The translations under genes were made by a program, and so were the position numbers. Below are positions 49,862 through 59,917 of a DNA stretch of 64,000 nucleotides, in pieces. The stretch is from IMG/VR virus record IMGVR_UViG_3300042484_002006; one strand, 5' to 3'. Source of the stretch: a virus. Position 1 is the stretch's first letter; every line of letters begins with the position of its first letter. Below the pieces are notes generated by a model. It saw only the letters and a program-made list of their open reading frames with translations, searched no databases and had not been told where the DNA came from.

Positions 49862-52471
49862 ATGCTAAGAAATTTACCTGACACAATCAATTCATTTTCT
49901 AGTTTAAGTAAAACTACTGTTACTTCTTTAATTAAAAATATGAAAGTTGATAAAATTGAAATTGGTTCCTTAATCAGCAGATTGTCTGGCTTTACTGCCG
50001 GAAATAATTTTGCAACCTCTTCTATCGGAAGTCTGAGCACGTTAAGTAAGGAAGTTTTGGTTGAACTTTTTAGGGATTCTTCTTTACGTCTAAATAATTT
50101 ATACAATGGAGCTAATTCAGCTGGACTCGCGCTAGATTCTATGATAGATATTCTTTCTTCTGAAATAGAAAAAATTGAAAAAGATATAAATGATCTAGAA
50201 ACTTTTATCAATAATTACGAATATATTTCCGGTAAAGACGATTTATATAACGCTAATTACATCGAAAAATTTGACAACAGTTTATACGACTATTCTTATG
50301 ATGGTTCTAATTTTAATATTCCCGATAGAGATAATGCACCATTTATTAATGGTGGAAATTATTTTATAGATACTATTAGTGGAATTTTAAAAATGGGAAA
50401 TTCCTATTCTAATAAGAATATAATTAATAATATTAAATCAATTAATATAGCTTCTAATTATCAAAACTATATAACTACTGATGGCAATTTTGATAATCTA
50501 TTTAATGATAACTTAAAAGATTCTTGGAATTTAACAATTAAAAGTCCAATAGTTTTAACTTCAAATATAATTAATTATTTAAAATATTTAAATTATGATT
50601 ATAGTAGAATTAACGGAGCACAGACAGCTGTTGAAGTAGAACTTGTTTCTGGTATTAATATTGACACAATAAGGATAAATCCAAATCTTGGAAATGGACT
50701 TCAACTCCTCCAGATTGTTGCCTTTAATCCACCAAATACAAATTCATCGAATGTAAATTCAGCCGATTCATATAATCTATTATTATCTACACCAAGAAAT
50801 CTTGATTCAAGATTAGAAATATCTTTTGAGAAAAAAATAATTAATAAATTTATATTCATCTTTAATCAATCATCTTATATTAGAAATAAAATGACACCAA
50901 TAACTTCTGAGTTAAATTCAAAAAATATTCAATCGTTTATTAATGAAAGATTGAATGAAAGAAGTAAAAAATTTAGCCTAATGCAAGACTTAGTCTATTG
51001 GCATTTTAAGAGAAATAATACAGTTAATGGTTTGTCCAAAAATAGAAACGTAGAAAACGAGTATTATAGTTACAGATTCCCTAAAGATCTTAATGAATAC
51101 TCTAAGATGATTTCAGATGAAATATTTAAAGCAAATAATTTTGATTTGAGCGACAGAGGTAAATTATTTAATTCCCCAATATTTAAAAATCTTTTCTACA
51201 ATATAGTGTCTAATTTAGACACTAATTATTCTAATATATATTCCAATTATTTCGTAGAATCATCAATGAGTAAAAATTCACAGCAGACACTAGCTTATCC
51301 TGGAAACATGATGCAGGGTAACAGTAATAATGTATCGGATCAAAAATATCAATTTTATGGACAATCTAGTTCTTTTGGAACAGCCCATGATGCAGTAGTA
51401 GATCTTTTAACTAAGGAAGCTTCAGATTCCTACGAGTATATTTTTTCTTTGAAATCAATAGAATTCATGGAGTGTAACTCATTAAATATTGATAAGTCTT
51501 GTTTTGTCAGTAGAAAAATTCCAATCAATGGTCAAATACTAGCGGTTAAAAGTAGAGCTGAAGTTATTAAAAGCTCTGCGAATGATGAAGCAGTAAGTTT
51601 TAATTTGAATAACTTATTATCTTATGAACTTTCTATTTCAAATAAAGAAATTCCTAGTAACGAATTAGATTGGGTTCCAATAGCATTTAATTCCTCAACT
51701 ACAATTGATTCCGAAGTAATGTTTTTTGACACTACAGATTTCTCAGCTAAATTAAGATTTAGAGCATTGAGCGGATCTGTCGTATTATTTAAAGATGGCC
51801 TTAGGTGCAATACTAGTCAATACTCGTTTAATGCAGTGTCTAATAAGATTACTATTACAGATAGATCTTTATTTGCACCAGCAAGTATTTTCTGCGTATC
51901 CTATACATTGGATACGGTAATGTATGATCCATATGAAATAGATTTTATTAAATATAATTTGTATGAAGATATAACAAAAAATTATGGAGACAATTCTGGC
52001 CCAGGTCAGTCGTTTGCAAGAAATGATTCAAATAGATCAATTAACTTAGAATATACTCCATACGTAAATAAAACATATTTAAACGACGCCACATATGGAT
52101 TGACGATAGGCACAATATTTAGGGGAGCAGGATTAGGGTATAATCCTGTTAAAATATTATTGTCAGATGGAACATATGCAATAAATATGACAAATTATAC
52201 TGACACTCAATACAGTGCTGGATTCTACGACACTAATTTAACTTTATTTATTCAAAATGGAAAAAATATTACTTTTAATAAGATTATTAATTCTAATTTT
52301 AAAGTTTTCTATGAATATATTCCTTATAATTTACGATTCAGATTAATTATGAGAAAGAATGTTCCCAACTTAGACATTCCCGCCAAGGCTGACTCAGTTC
52401 TTTTGAAAATTAAAACAGAAACATTTGATTCAAATTACGACAAATTAACATCAGTAGCTAAGAATAGTTGA
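49862..52471 (+). CDS. Peripheral baseplate/fibre structural protein, paralogue family member 1
   Basis: Likely ATG at 49862, right after the upstream stop (track start 49841). N-terminal coiled coil, IEKFDN motif, NLFNDNLKDSW discoidin-like motif. Confidence 0.55.
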   Translation: MLRNLPDTINSFSSLSKTTVTSLIKNMKVDKIEIGSLISRLSGFTAGNNFATSSIGSLSTLSKEVLVELFRDSSLRLNNLYNGANSAGLALDSMIDILSSEIEKIEKDINDLETFINNYEYISGKDDLYNANYIEKFDNSLYDYSYDGSNFNIPDRDNAPFINGGNYFIDTISGILKMGNSYSNKNIINNIKSINIASNYQNYITTDGNFDNLFNDNLKDSWNLTIKSPIVLTSNIINYLKYLNYDYSRINGAQTAVEVELVSGINIDTIRINPNLGNGLQLLQIVAFNPPNTNSSNVNSADSYNLLLSTPRNLDSRLEISFEKKIINKFIFIFNQSSYIRNKMTPITSELNSKNIQSFINERLNERSKKFSLMQDLVYWHFKRNNTVNGLSKNRNVENEYYSYRFPKDLNEYSKMISDEIFKANNFDLSDRGKLFNSPIFKNLFYNIVSNLDTNYSNIYSNYFVESSMSKNSQQTLAYPGNMMQGNSNNVSDQKYQFYGQSSSFGTAHDAVVDLLTKEASDSYEYIFSLKSIEFMECNSLNIDKSCFVSRKIPINGQILAVKSRAEVIKSSANDEAVSFNLNNLLSYELSISNKEIPSNELDWVPIAFNSSTTIDSEVMFFDTTDFSAKLRFRALSGSVVLFKDGLRCNTSQYSFNAVSNKITITDRSLFAPASIFCVSYTLDTVMYDPYEIDFIKYNLYEDITKNYGDNSGPGQSFARNDSNRSINLEYTPYVNKTYLNDATYGLTIGTIFRGAGLGYNPVKILLSDGTYAINMTNYTDTQYSAGFYDTNLTLFIQNGKNITFNKIINSNFKVFYEYIPYNLRFRLIMRKNVPNLDIPAKADSVLLKIKTETFDSNYDKLTSVAKNS

Positions 52472-52482
52472 CAGGAAATATT

Positions 52483-54909
52483 ATGGCACAAGTCTCATCA
52501 AACCTAATGGCGTATGATCAAATCTTTTTAAAGATTAGAGATTTTATGATATTAGAAAAAACAAATTCTTTTAAAACAAACCAAGAAAGAATTGAAAAAT
52601 ATAATCAACTCTTGTCAGAAATATATGAAGGTATATCTGGTCCAATGACTAAATACGATCCATATATAAAGGGTGAACCACCCATCTCCTCTAAGATTAA
52701 TAAATTTTCTACAGACTTAGCAAATGATATGAATGTCATTTCCAAACACGTAGACTATCTTGTCGCTAAGACAATCAATACATTCAATCTTTTTTCTAGT
52801 GAAATAGAAAATGAAAAAAGATATGCCGAAAGAATATCTTCAAAAGCAAAAATTTTACAGATGTACACTAAAAGTCCATCAAATGATGTAGTGTACTTGG
52901 GAGATTCTTTTGACAACGCAGATCAAGTAGATCTAAATAAGGTAAAGATTAATTCTAATCCACATATATATAACGGTTCTTTTTCTTTACCAATAGCAAA
53001 AACTCGTTCATGGACGCCTAATCGAGTAAGCATTACTTCATCTGATGGATTTATGGGAAATAACCACCAAGTTATTAGATCTACCAATTCAGATGGTACA
53101 TCTTTATATAGATATATTTTTGAATCAAATCCAACTATTAGTTCAGTAGCTAGCATAATGGACTCAAATCCATTAACCTACTTTGAATATGAAGCCTTGA
53201 ACGTAGATAGAGATAATGGTCCAGTAAATAAAAGTACAGTATCGGACAATGAGTTTAGTTACGTAACTGGAACTCAAACAGAAGTGGCTCAGGGCAGAGG
53301 TTCTCTAACTAATTGGTCTAGATATGACATAACCAAGCCGTTAATGTTAACGGTTGTCATGGAGTCAAATGTTGCTACAAATGCAAATTCTATTGAGATA
53401 GTTCCTTACTTCGGTTCATCTAACTTTGTTAAAGTCAATCAAATTAAAGTATTCAAAGAAGATGGTACTTCAGAAAATATATTGAATAAGACTATCTTTA
53501 TCGGATCATCTTTTGCTCCACTAACTATCGAATCAGCACAAAACTATTTTTATAATAAAGCTACAGTTAAATTCTCTGAAAGAAAAATACTAAAAGTTGA
53601 AGTAATTTTTGAACAAGATTCAAAACAAGATGTAGATATCAAGCACGTATATTGGAAACCAAGTTATTCTCAAAATGAGCAAAGAGATAGTCCCTTCTAT
53701 GGATTGAGTAGATTTAATCCAGATGGTCTTAGCAGAGACGTTTATGAGGAAATAGAGTATAATAAAAATTTAATAATCCCCGCCCTACATAAGCCAAATG
53801 AATTTAAAAAAAATACACAGATCTCTAAATCAGTTAGAGTAAAACTTAAGAAAAAACCAGTTACATATAATGCATACATTATTACTTTTGATATTGATGG
53901 TGTAAAAAAATATTTTTATAATTGGGACACTAACTTAAATGACTCAAATAGACAAATACAATGGACAGATGAGCCCGATTTTGAATCTGCACCAAGTGCA
54001 GTAGATGCTAGGTCAGCTAAATATTTTCAATCAGAAAGCGCTGCAAACGAAGATTATCAATCTGTTGTATCATTCATTAACAATACAACCACACTGGTCA
54101 GTGCTACTGGCACCATTGGTGCCGTTACAGGAACTGGTCCATGGACAGCTACTATAACTGGAATGACAGATACTAGTCTTTTTGGAGTCGGCTCATATAT
54201 TACTGCTACAAATGGTACTGGAAAATTATTTGGAGGAACACCTGAGTCAGTAAAAGTGTCTCAAGTTATCAGCTCAACTAGCATTAAGTATATAGTCACT
54301 GGTGGGACAGCCCCAGTTCCAGGAACTGTAACGGGAATATCTAGAACTAATGTTATTGAAGTAGAAGGCGACAATGTTAATATTAATAATCCTGATGTTG
54401 AATACATTACATTTACTGGTCCAGCAAGAAATTGGGAGAAATTAGTTCCAATTACAACAGAAACAGAAATGTATAGAGCTAAAAGATTGGCTATAGGAAT
54501 AAGAGATATTAATGTTAGCTATGAGACATACGCTGATCAGACAGAAATAATCTCTACACCTTACTTATTTGATGCTCCCGTAGAAACAATAATGCTTTCT
54601 GCAGAGACCAATATTGATAATACTTTTTCTAATAAAATAAATATTAATTATTACATTTCAACTGATGGAAGTAACTGGATAAAAATTTCTCCAGTCCAAT
54701 TAGATAATACGGGTATCGCAGAGGTAATTGCATTTAATAAAAATATCTCTGAGTCATATCAAATTCCTGGTGTAGCATATTTAAATAGCCCTCAAGTTCC
54801 AAGTATTGTTAATAAAATTTATGTTAAAATAGAAATTAATAAAAATAAAAATACAAATATAACTCCATTAATTTATTCCTATGAGTTAATAGCAAAGGTT
54901 AAAAAGTAA
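52483..54909 (+). CDS. Peripheral baseplate/fibre structural protein, paralogue family member 2
   Basis: AGGA RBS then ATG 52483 (track start 52468). Coiled coil, GDSFDNADQVD, SIMDSNPLTYFEYE, C-terminal TPLIYSYEL. Confidence 0.55.
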   Translation: MAQVSSNLMAYDQIFLKIRDFMILEKTNSFKTNQERIEKYNQLLSEIYEGISGPMTKYDPYIKGEPPISSKINKFSTDLANDMNVISKHVDYLVAKTINTFNLFSSEIENEKRYAERISSKAKILQMYTKSPSNDVVYLGDSFDNADQVDLNKVKINSNPHIYNGSFSLPIAKTRSWTPNRVSITSSDGFMGNNHQVIRSTNSDGTSLYRYIFESNPTISSVASIMDSNPLTYFEYEALNVDRDNGPVNKSTVSDNEFSYVTGTQTEVAQGRGSLTNWSRYDITKPLMLTVVMESNVATNANSIEIVPYFGSSNFVKVNQIKVFKEDGTSENILNKTIFIGSSFAPLTIESAQNYFYNKATVKFSERKILKVEVIFEQDSKQDVDIKHVYWKPSYSQNEQRDSPFYGLSRFNPDGLSRDVYEEIEYNKNLIIPALHKPNEFKKNTQISKSVRVKLKKKPVTYNAYIITFDIDGVKKYFYNWDTNLNDSNRQIQWTDEPDFESAPSAVDARSAKYFQSESAANEDYQSVVSFINNTTTLVSATGTIGAVTGTGPWTATITGMTDTSLFGVGSYITATNGTGKLFGGTPESVKVSQVISSTSIKYIVTGGTAPVPGTVTGISRTNVIEVEGDNVNINNPDVEYITFTGPARNWEKLVPITTETEMYRAKRLAIGIRDINVSYETYADQTEIISTPYLFDAPVETIMLSAETNIDNTFSNKININYYISTDGSNWIKISPVQLDNTGIAEVIAFNKNISESYQIPGVAYLNSPQVPSIVNKIYVKIEINKNKNTNITPLIYSYELIAKVKK

Positions 54910-57032
54910 TGAATATATCATCTATTCAAAAAAGAAAATTTTTAGGAAATATATATAAAATTTTATATTCTCAAGGAAAAAAGCCTTCTGAGATGGAAAT
55001 CAGAAGAGTTTTTGGAGAGTATTTTTCTGTATATAAATTTGGAAATCCAATCCCGTCGGACTATACAAAGCTAGATATAGTTGCTAAAACAGATGTCAAC
55101 CTGTTAAATGAGTTGATGGCAAATACACTTTTTAATGTTGAAGTTCTATATGATTGTGTTAACGAAAATAACCAAGAAATATTTTCTGTCATTACAGCTA
55201 TAAATAATAGATTAGATAATCTTAAAAGTAAAAGAAAAATATTAGAAAATAAAATAGATGATTTAATATTTGCAAACTCAAACTCAGATGGATATTTTTA
55301 TTCTTATTTAGAAGGTTTTTCTAACTTAGATAAAATTGATATGGATATGACATCTGCGCACGTTGATATATTAAATAATAATGTCAGCATACCTAAAATA
55401 ACCAATAGCATCTCAAACGCCCTTACTACAAGTGGAATAACATCTTCAAATGCAACGTATAGCATTATGTCAAATAATCAAGCCGTAGTTAATAATGTTG
55501 ATGTTCAAGATTTTGAATCTGTTTTTGATGGATTAAATGATACATATTGGTCCTATACTCACAACTCGCCACAACCATCAGTGGTTGTCATGACATTAAA
55601 TATACCAATTAATACTTCATATAATTTATCTAAAATTAGCGGATCATTACTGACATCGTCGCCGTGCGCTATTTACGTGACAGCAAAGCCAACAGACGCT
55701 AACAAGCCAGAACAAGTCAGATCACAAACCTCAAAGAGAGATTACAATAGATTCTCTTTTGCTATCCCAGCGGATTTTTACAATAATATAACAATAATCA
55801 TTTACAAATCTGAACCAGATCAAATAGAAAACAATTCAATAAATCCCTATACGTATAAATTTGGAATTAGAGAGTTAGTAATAAATGCAGATTACTATGA
55901 TCAAGGTGGAGTAATAGTTTCAGCCCCAATTTCAGTTCCAGTCTCAGATAATAATAGATTAACAATAAGTTCAGTTTCAATTGAAACAAAAGATCAAATA
56001 TTGTCTGGTACAGATATAAAGTATTATGTTGCAGCCGACAACAATAACGCCAAACAAATTGCCGAGTTCAATTGGATACCCATTGAACCAACCTCGTCAA
56101 ACAATGACACTGCGCAAAAAATTGTCAACCTTAGTGGTTCGAATATACAGTCAAAATATCTAGACCCGAGGGGTGAAGATTCTAGCTTCATTCCAATTAA
56201 TACAAATCCAGAAAATATTAACGAGGCTAATCCAGCAATAATACCATATACCGACAAAGAAGTATATCGCGTTTCCGTGGTAAACAATAATGATCAATTC
56301 ATAGATCCATATATTTTAGCTAACTTAAATTCTTATAAACACTACCATATATATGCCGAAAATGATATAGAGTATTATAAATCTTTAAATATTTGGACTG
56401 AAAAAATAGCTATTAATGATGTACTTGAAATAAATGTAGATACTATAGAAGATCAGATTAACAATATAGCACCAGGATTATATACTGCTACAGTTGGTTT
56501 AATGGAAACAAAATTATTGACGACTAAAGAATATAAAGTATCCCATAAAGTTACAAAGAGTCAAGATAATTTTAATCTAGCAGTATACCTTAATGGTAGC
56601 ATCATAGCAGACCTACCCGCGGGTGTTATTTCTTCAACTATTGAATGGAACTTTGTTACTGGCATTAATAATATAGTCATAACTTATGACAAGAATTTTT
56701 CTGGACTTATTAATTTTGATTTAATGTCTAACAAAAATTTAACTGACTATGGAACTATGTTCTTAGATTATTTCTCATACTTAGATCCCATGGAATTTAA
56801 GAGAAGAGCAGACATAAGTGCCCATCTCTTTACGATAGATAATTTTTATGGAAGAAAAGAAATTTTGTCTTCAAGACAAATTTCTGGAAAGTCTCTTTTT
56901 AATTATTACTCGAATATGTTAGATACGGTTACTGCTATAAGATATAGAGCAGATTTGATAAGGTATGAGAATCCACTCCAAACTCCTTTAATAGATTCTA
57001 TTAGAGTTAAATTTAAACATAATGATAGTTGA
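54909..57032 (+). CDS. Peripheral baseplate/fibre structural protein, paralogue family member 3
   Basis: Coiled coil, LEGFSNLDKID, SVFDGLNDTYWSY, C-terminal TPLIDSIRVKF. Confidence 0.55.
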   Translation: MNISSIQKRKFLGNIYKILYSQGKKPSEMEIRRVFGEYFSVYKFGNPIPSDYTKLDIVAKTDVNLLNELMANTLFNVEVLYDCVNENNQEIFSVITAINNRLDNLKSKRKILENKIDDLIFANSNSDGYFYSYLEGFSNLDKIDMDMTSAHVDILNNNVSIPKITNSISNALTTSGITSSNATYSIMSNNQAVVNNVDVQDFESVFDGLNDTYWSYTHNSPQPSVVVMTLNIPINTSYNLSKISGSLLTSSPCAIYVTAKPTDANKPEQVRSQTSKRDYNRFSFAIPADFYNNITIIIYKSEPDQIENNSINPYTYKFGIRELVINADYYDQGGVIVSAPISVPVSDNNRLTISSVSIETKDQILSGTDIKYYVAADNNNAKQIAEFNWIPIEPTSSNNDTAQKIVNLSGSNIQSKYLDPRGEDSSFIPINTNPENINEANPAIIPYTDKEVYRVSVVNNNDQFIDPYILANLNSYKHYHIYAENDIEYYKSLNIWTEKIAINDVLEINVDTIEDQINNIAPGLYTATVGLMETKLLTTKEYKVSHKVTKSQDNFNLAVYLNGSIIADLPAGVISSTIEWNFVTGINNIVITYDKNFSGLINFDLMSNKNLTDYGTMFLDYFSYLDPMEFKRRADISAHLFTIDNFYGRKEILSSRQISGKSLFNYYSNMLDTVTAIRYRADLIRYENPLQTPLIDSIRVKFKHNDS

Positions 57033-57043
57033 TAAGAGGAAAA

Positions 57044-57439
57044 ATGGCTACAACTTATAATAATCCAAAAATTACCCAAAGAATTAGGGAACCACTATTT
57101 CAAGTAAATAGGGTAAGATTTAGGGGAAGTAGAGAAAGTCAATGTGAAAATTTGGAAACTAATTTTCTACAATTAGATTTAACTAGAATATTAAATGAGC
57201 TAGAATCTATAGATATAGATATTTTAAATAAATTAAGTTACCTTATTGGAGAAACCGCAGATGTTACTAATGCAGTAAATCTAAATGATGGATTAACTTA
57301 CTCTATAGATGACGTAAATATTTTTATAGACAAAGATGGTTCAGTGGAAGAAGCTTTAGAAATAGATGTAATGAATAAGATTAGTTCTAAACTTTCTCGT
57401 TTACTAAATAAAATACAAAGATTAGAGAATGGCAATTAA
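57044..57439 (+). CDS. Small coiled-coil structural protein
   Basis: GAGG RBS then ATG 57044 (track start 57029). RFRGSRES...DLTRILNELESID resembles the N-terminus of the next gene (YNGPVES...DLVYLYNKSNIID). Confidence 0.55.
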   Translation: MATTYNNPKITQRIREPLFQVNRVRFRGSRESQCENLETNFLQLDLTRILNELESIDIDILNKLSYLIGETADVTNAVNLNDGLTYSIDDVNIFIDKDGSVEEALEIDVMNKISSKLSRLLNKIQRLENGN

Positions 57440-57440
57440 T

Positions 57441-58694
57441 ATGGCTGACATACTTAACACTAAAAAAAGAGATTATCAATATAACGGTCCTGTCGAAAGC
57501 TCCGATTACAATGAAAGAGTAGAAGAAAATTATAAAGATTTAGTTTATCTCTATAATAAATCTAACATCATTGATAATAAATTGACCCAGGCTTTCGAAA
57601 GAGTTATCAAAGATCATAAATTCTTATCCTCAGCTGTAGAAGATCTCAGCAATAGAGTAAGCGCCTTAGAGGCTACCTCTAACACTATTTCACTACACTC
57701 TTTTAGCCAAATAGATTATTCGACTTTAGTCGGTTCTTCATTTGCTGTATCTGGAACAGAACTTCTTAGTTTTGATCCCATTTACAATATTATTTCTTTA
57801 CCAAAAGTTTCTAGTGGTTCATTTTCTAAATTAAAATTTACTAGTCCCACCGCTGGTCAGGTAGTGCCAGACTTTTTTAAAGCAAAAATAGATACAAATT
57901 TTGCAGGGGTAGATGGAAATGGCGCAGTTATCGACACGACCCCAATATACAATGCCATCCTGGATTCCCCGGATAAAGTTTGGAAAAGAAATGTAATAGT
58001 TGAGTCAACATCTATGGCTGGAGCACAAATGATGCTCTATGTAAAAATACCTGCAGAAGCAGCAGGGTCGTTAAAAACTAATGTAATTAAGATAAATCCT
58101 TATCCAGCTTTTGGTGTAGACCTAGTGAGCATCGAATATAGTTCTAAACAAAATCCAGCACTATCTGACTCTGATGGCTGGACACCATTAAATAAAAAAG
58201 CATACTATGATGGAACATCAGAGGCAATTGGAAAAGTTCCACCTGGAGGTTGGTCTACAACAGGCGCTGACACCATAAGAAACTGTCCGCCTGTAGCATT
58301 CACAATTCCCGATACTGATATGACTGCAATAAGAATCAAGTTTATTCAAAGAAATTATTTTACTGAACTTGGAAAAGCTATCTATACATATGGATTATCA
58401 GATCTGGATATCAGATATGAAAAGTTCTTATCAACCGGTAGAACAATCATTAAGTTCACTGCGCCAGACGGTGACGTTATTGAAAATGTGACTAACGTCA
58501 CTCCTAAAATATACAATGTTCCCTCAAGCCTAATCAGTAGCGCGTTTAGTTATAGAATCATTTATAACGATTCTGGCACTTATACTTTAAGCAATCCAGG
58601 CGCCTCTAACTCGGTATGGATAGAAGTTACTTTGAATATGCTAGATGACAAGACTGCCCCTGTGTTGACAGATTTAATTATTAATTATGAGTAA
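57441..58694 (+). CDS. Peripheral structural protein, paralogue family member 4
   Basis: ATG 57441 right after the upstream stop (track start 57429). Coiled coil, YNAILDSPDKVWKR, C-terminal APVLTDLIINYE. Confidence 0.55.
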   Translation: MADILNTKKRDYQYNGPVESSDYNERVEENYKDLVYLYNKSNIIDNKLTQAFERVIKDHKFLSSAVEDLSNRVSALEATSNTISLHSFSQIDYSTLVGSSFAVSGTELLSFDPIYNIISLPKVSSGSFSKLKFTSPTAGQVVPDFFKAKIDTNFAGVDGNGAVIDTTPIYNAILDSPDKVWKRNVIVESTSMAGAQMMLYVKIPAEAAGSLKTNVIKINPYPAFGVDLVSIEYSSKQNPALSDSDGWTPLNKKAYYDGTSEAIGKVPPGGWSTTGADTIRNCPPVAFTIPDTDMTAIRIKFIQRNYFTELGKAIYTYGLSDLDIRYEKFLSTGRTIIKFTAPDGDVIENVTNVTPKIYNVPSSLISSAFSYRIIYNDSGTYTLSNPGASNSVWIEVTLNMLDDKTAPVLTDLIINYE

Positions 58695-58716
58695 TGTTTA
58701 AAAAAGCAAATTTTTC

Positions 58717-58727
58717 TGTACTATAAA
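58717..58727 (+). promoter_or_regulatory. Putative promoter TGTACTATAAA (TACTATAA motif)
   Basis: Intergenic, about 30 nt upstream of the 58757 gene. Same core as the motif at 6167. Confidence 0.45.
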
Positions 58728-58756
58728 GTCACGTAGTTTTCATAAGGAGAAAATAA

Positions 58757-59389
58757 ATGGCCACTTTTTACGTAGGACCTAGACCAGTTTTAAAGGGTAG
58801 AACCACTGCTGGAATGGTCAATCCATATACATCAATGACAGGAAAGGCTAAGGGCACTGGCACTTATTCTTTCTATCCGCTATATAGCACAAGCCATGTT
58901 TTAGATGGCGCTCCTGACAATCACAATATTCCTGGTACTGGTCAGCGTCCTGGCAATAGATTCTTGTCACAAGTATTCAATGGTACCACTTTGTATATCC
59001 ATCCACTATCTGGAACGTTTCCTGATGGTTCTGCTACATATGATGGAGCTAGATTTAAGCCTAAGGAATATAAAGGTTTAGCTGGCGCATCTGCATTCCC
59101 TTCAGGTTTCGGACACGCATCGAGAACAGATACTTCGTATTCACTATACAGTAACTATATTTTTGACGGTGTTACATCCGCTAATGTTTTTGCCAACACT
59201 GGACACGCTCAGCGCACGGAAGCACAGGGAGCCCCCTCATCTTTCGGGTTCTTCCAACCAAATGAATTCAAGGGTGTTCCTAGTACCGTGGTGTTTACTA
59301 GTGGTTACGGTCAAGCAAATACTACTGGAGATTATGGTCGTGAAAAGGTTAAGGAATTCAACGGAGTCGCTTCTGCGAAAGCCCTCTAA
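58757..59389 (+). CDS. Gly/Thr-rich hypothetical protein (210 aa) with short internal repeats
   Basis: AAGGAG RBS. Repeats FKPKEYKG / FQPNEFKG / VKEFNG and GHASRTD / GHAQRTE. Confidence 0.7.
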   Translation: MATFYVGPRPVLKGRTTAGMVNPYTSMTGKAKGTGTYSFYPLYSTSHVLDGAPDNHNIPGTGQRPGNRFLSQVFNGTTLYIHPLSGTFPDGSATYDGARFKPKEYKGLAGASAFPSGFGHASRTDTSYSLYSNYIFDGVTSANVFANTGHAQRTEAQGAPSSFGFFQPNEFKGVPSTVVFTSGYGQANTTGDYGREKVKEFNGVASAKAL

Positions 59390-59390
59390 A

Positions 59391-59657
59391 GTGTTTGGCA
59401 CCCCGATCATCTTAGAGAAAGATGATAAAAAAAGTGGGGTTATAGCTTGGGGCGGTTTAGCCTTTGGTATTATAGCGTATGATATATATGCTATAAAGTC
59501 CAAAAAGATCGAAACGTTAACTAGAGCTTTTTGGAGACATACAGAGAATAAAATAACAGGAAGTATATTCACAGGAGTGTGGTTAGGTTTAACTTTTCAT
59601 CTTCTTATAGAGAAGCTAATTAGAAAGAATTTTTCCGAAGGTAGGTACTATGAATAA
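59391..59657 (+). CDS. Small two-TM membrane protein, similar to a family seen near lysis genes in actinobacteriophages
   Basis: GTG at 59391 follows the upstream stop (the track's 59163 start overlaps the previous gene). AWGGLAFGIIAYDIYA...ETLTRAF...WLGLTFHLL. Confidence 0.5.
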   Translation: MFGTPIILEKDDKKSGVIAWGGLAFGIIAYDIYAIKSKKIETLTRAFWRHTENKITGSIFTGVWLGLTFHLLIEKLIRKNFSEGRYYE

Positions 59658-59847
59658 ATTACAAAAAGATATTTTAGAAAGAGCTATTTGGACAGCAGCG
59701 CAAGCTTTTATCGCTGTATACACGGTAGGTGGCGTTGATGAAATTAAGGCAGCAGCTACAGCCGCAGTTGCAGCTGCAATAAGTGTCGTTAAAGGTCTCG
59801 TTGCAACAAAAGTTGGCGATCCCGAAAGTGCAGCAACAATCAAATAA
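59650..59847 (+). CDS. Holin, phage r1t-like family
   Basis: 65 aa, ERAIWTAAQAFIAV...AAATAAVAAAISVVKG, two hydrophobic helices. Matches the ERA.KT.AQ pattern of r1t-type holins. Confidence 0.7.
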   Translation: MNKLQKDILERAIWTAAQAFIAVYTVGGVDEIKAAATAAVAAAISVVKGLVATKVGDPESAATIK

Positions 59848-59879
59848 TCCGTAATCTCATACAAGTCTCCAGTAACACA

Positions 59880-59888
59880 TGCTATAAT
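59880..59888 (+). promoter_or_regulatory. Extended -10 promoter element TGCTATAAT
   Basis: Perfect TGnTATAAT in the intergenic gap. No convincing -35. Confidence 0.55.
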
Positions 59889-59917
59889 GATGTGTATGCA
59901 GGAAGTAAATACTATAA

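Noticed and set aside
1-58694. Diversity-generating retroelement acting on fibre genes
   Set aside because: No reverse transcriptase gene and no template/variable repeat pair differing at adenines was seen in the window.
59163-59390. 5' part of the 164-aa ORF 59163..59657
   Set aside because: It overlaps the 58757..59389 gene in another frame. A GTG start at 59391, just after that gene's stop, gives a coherent membrane protein.
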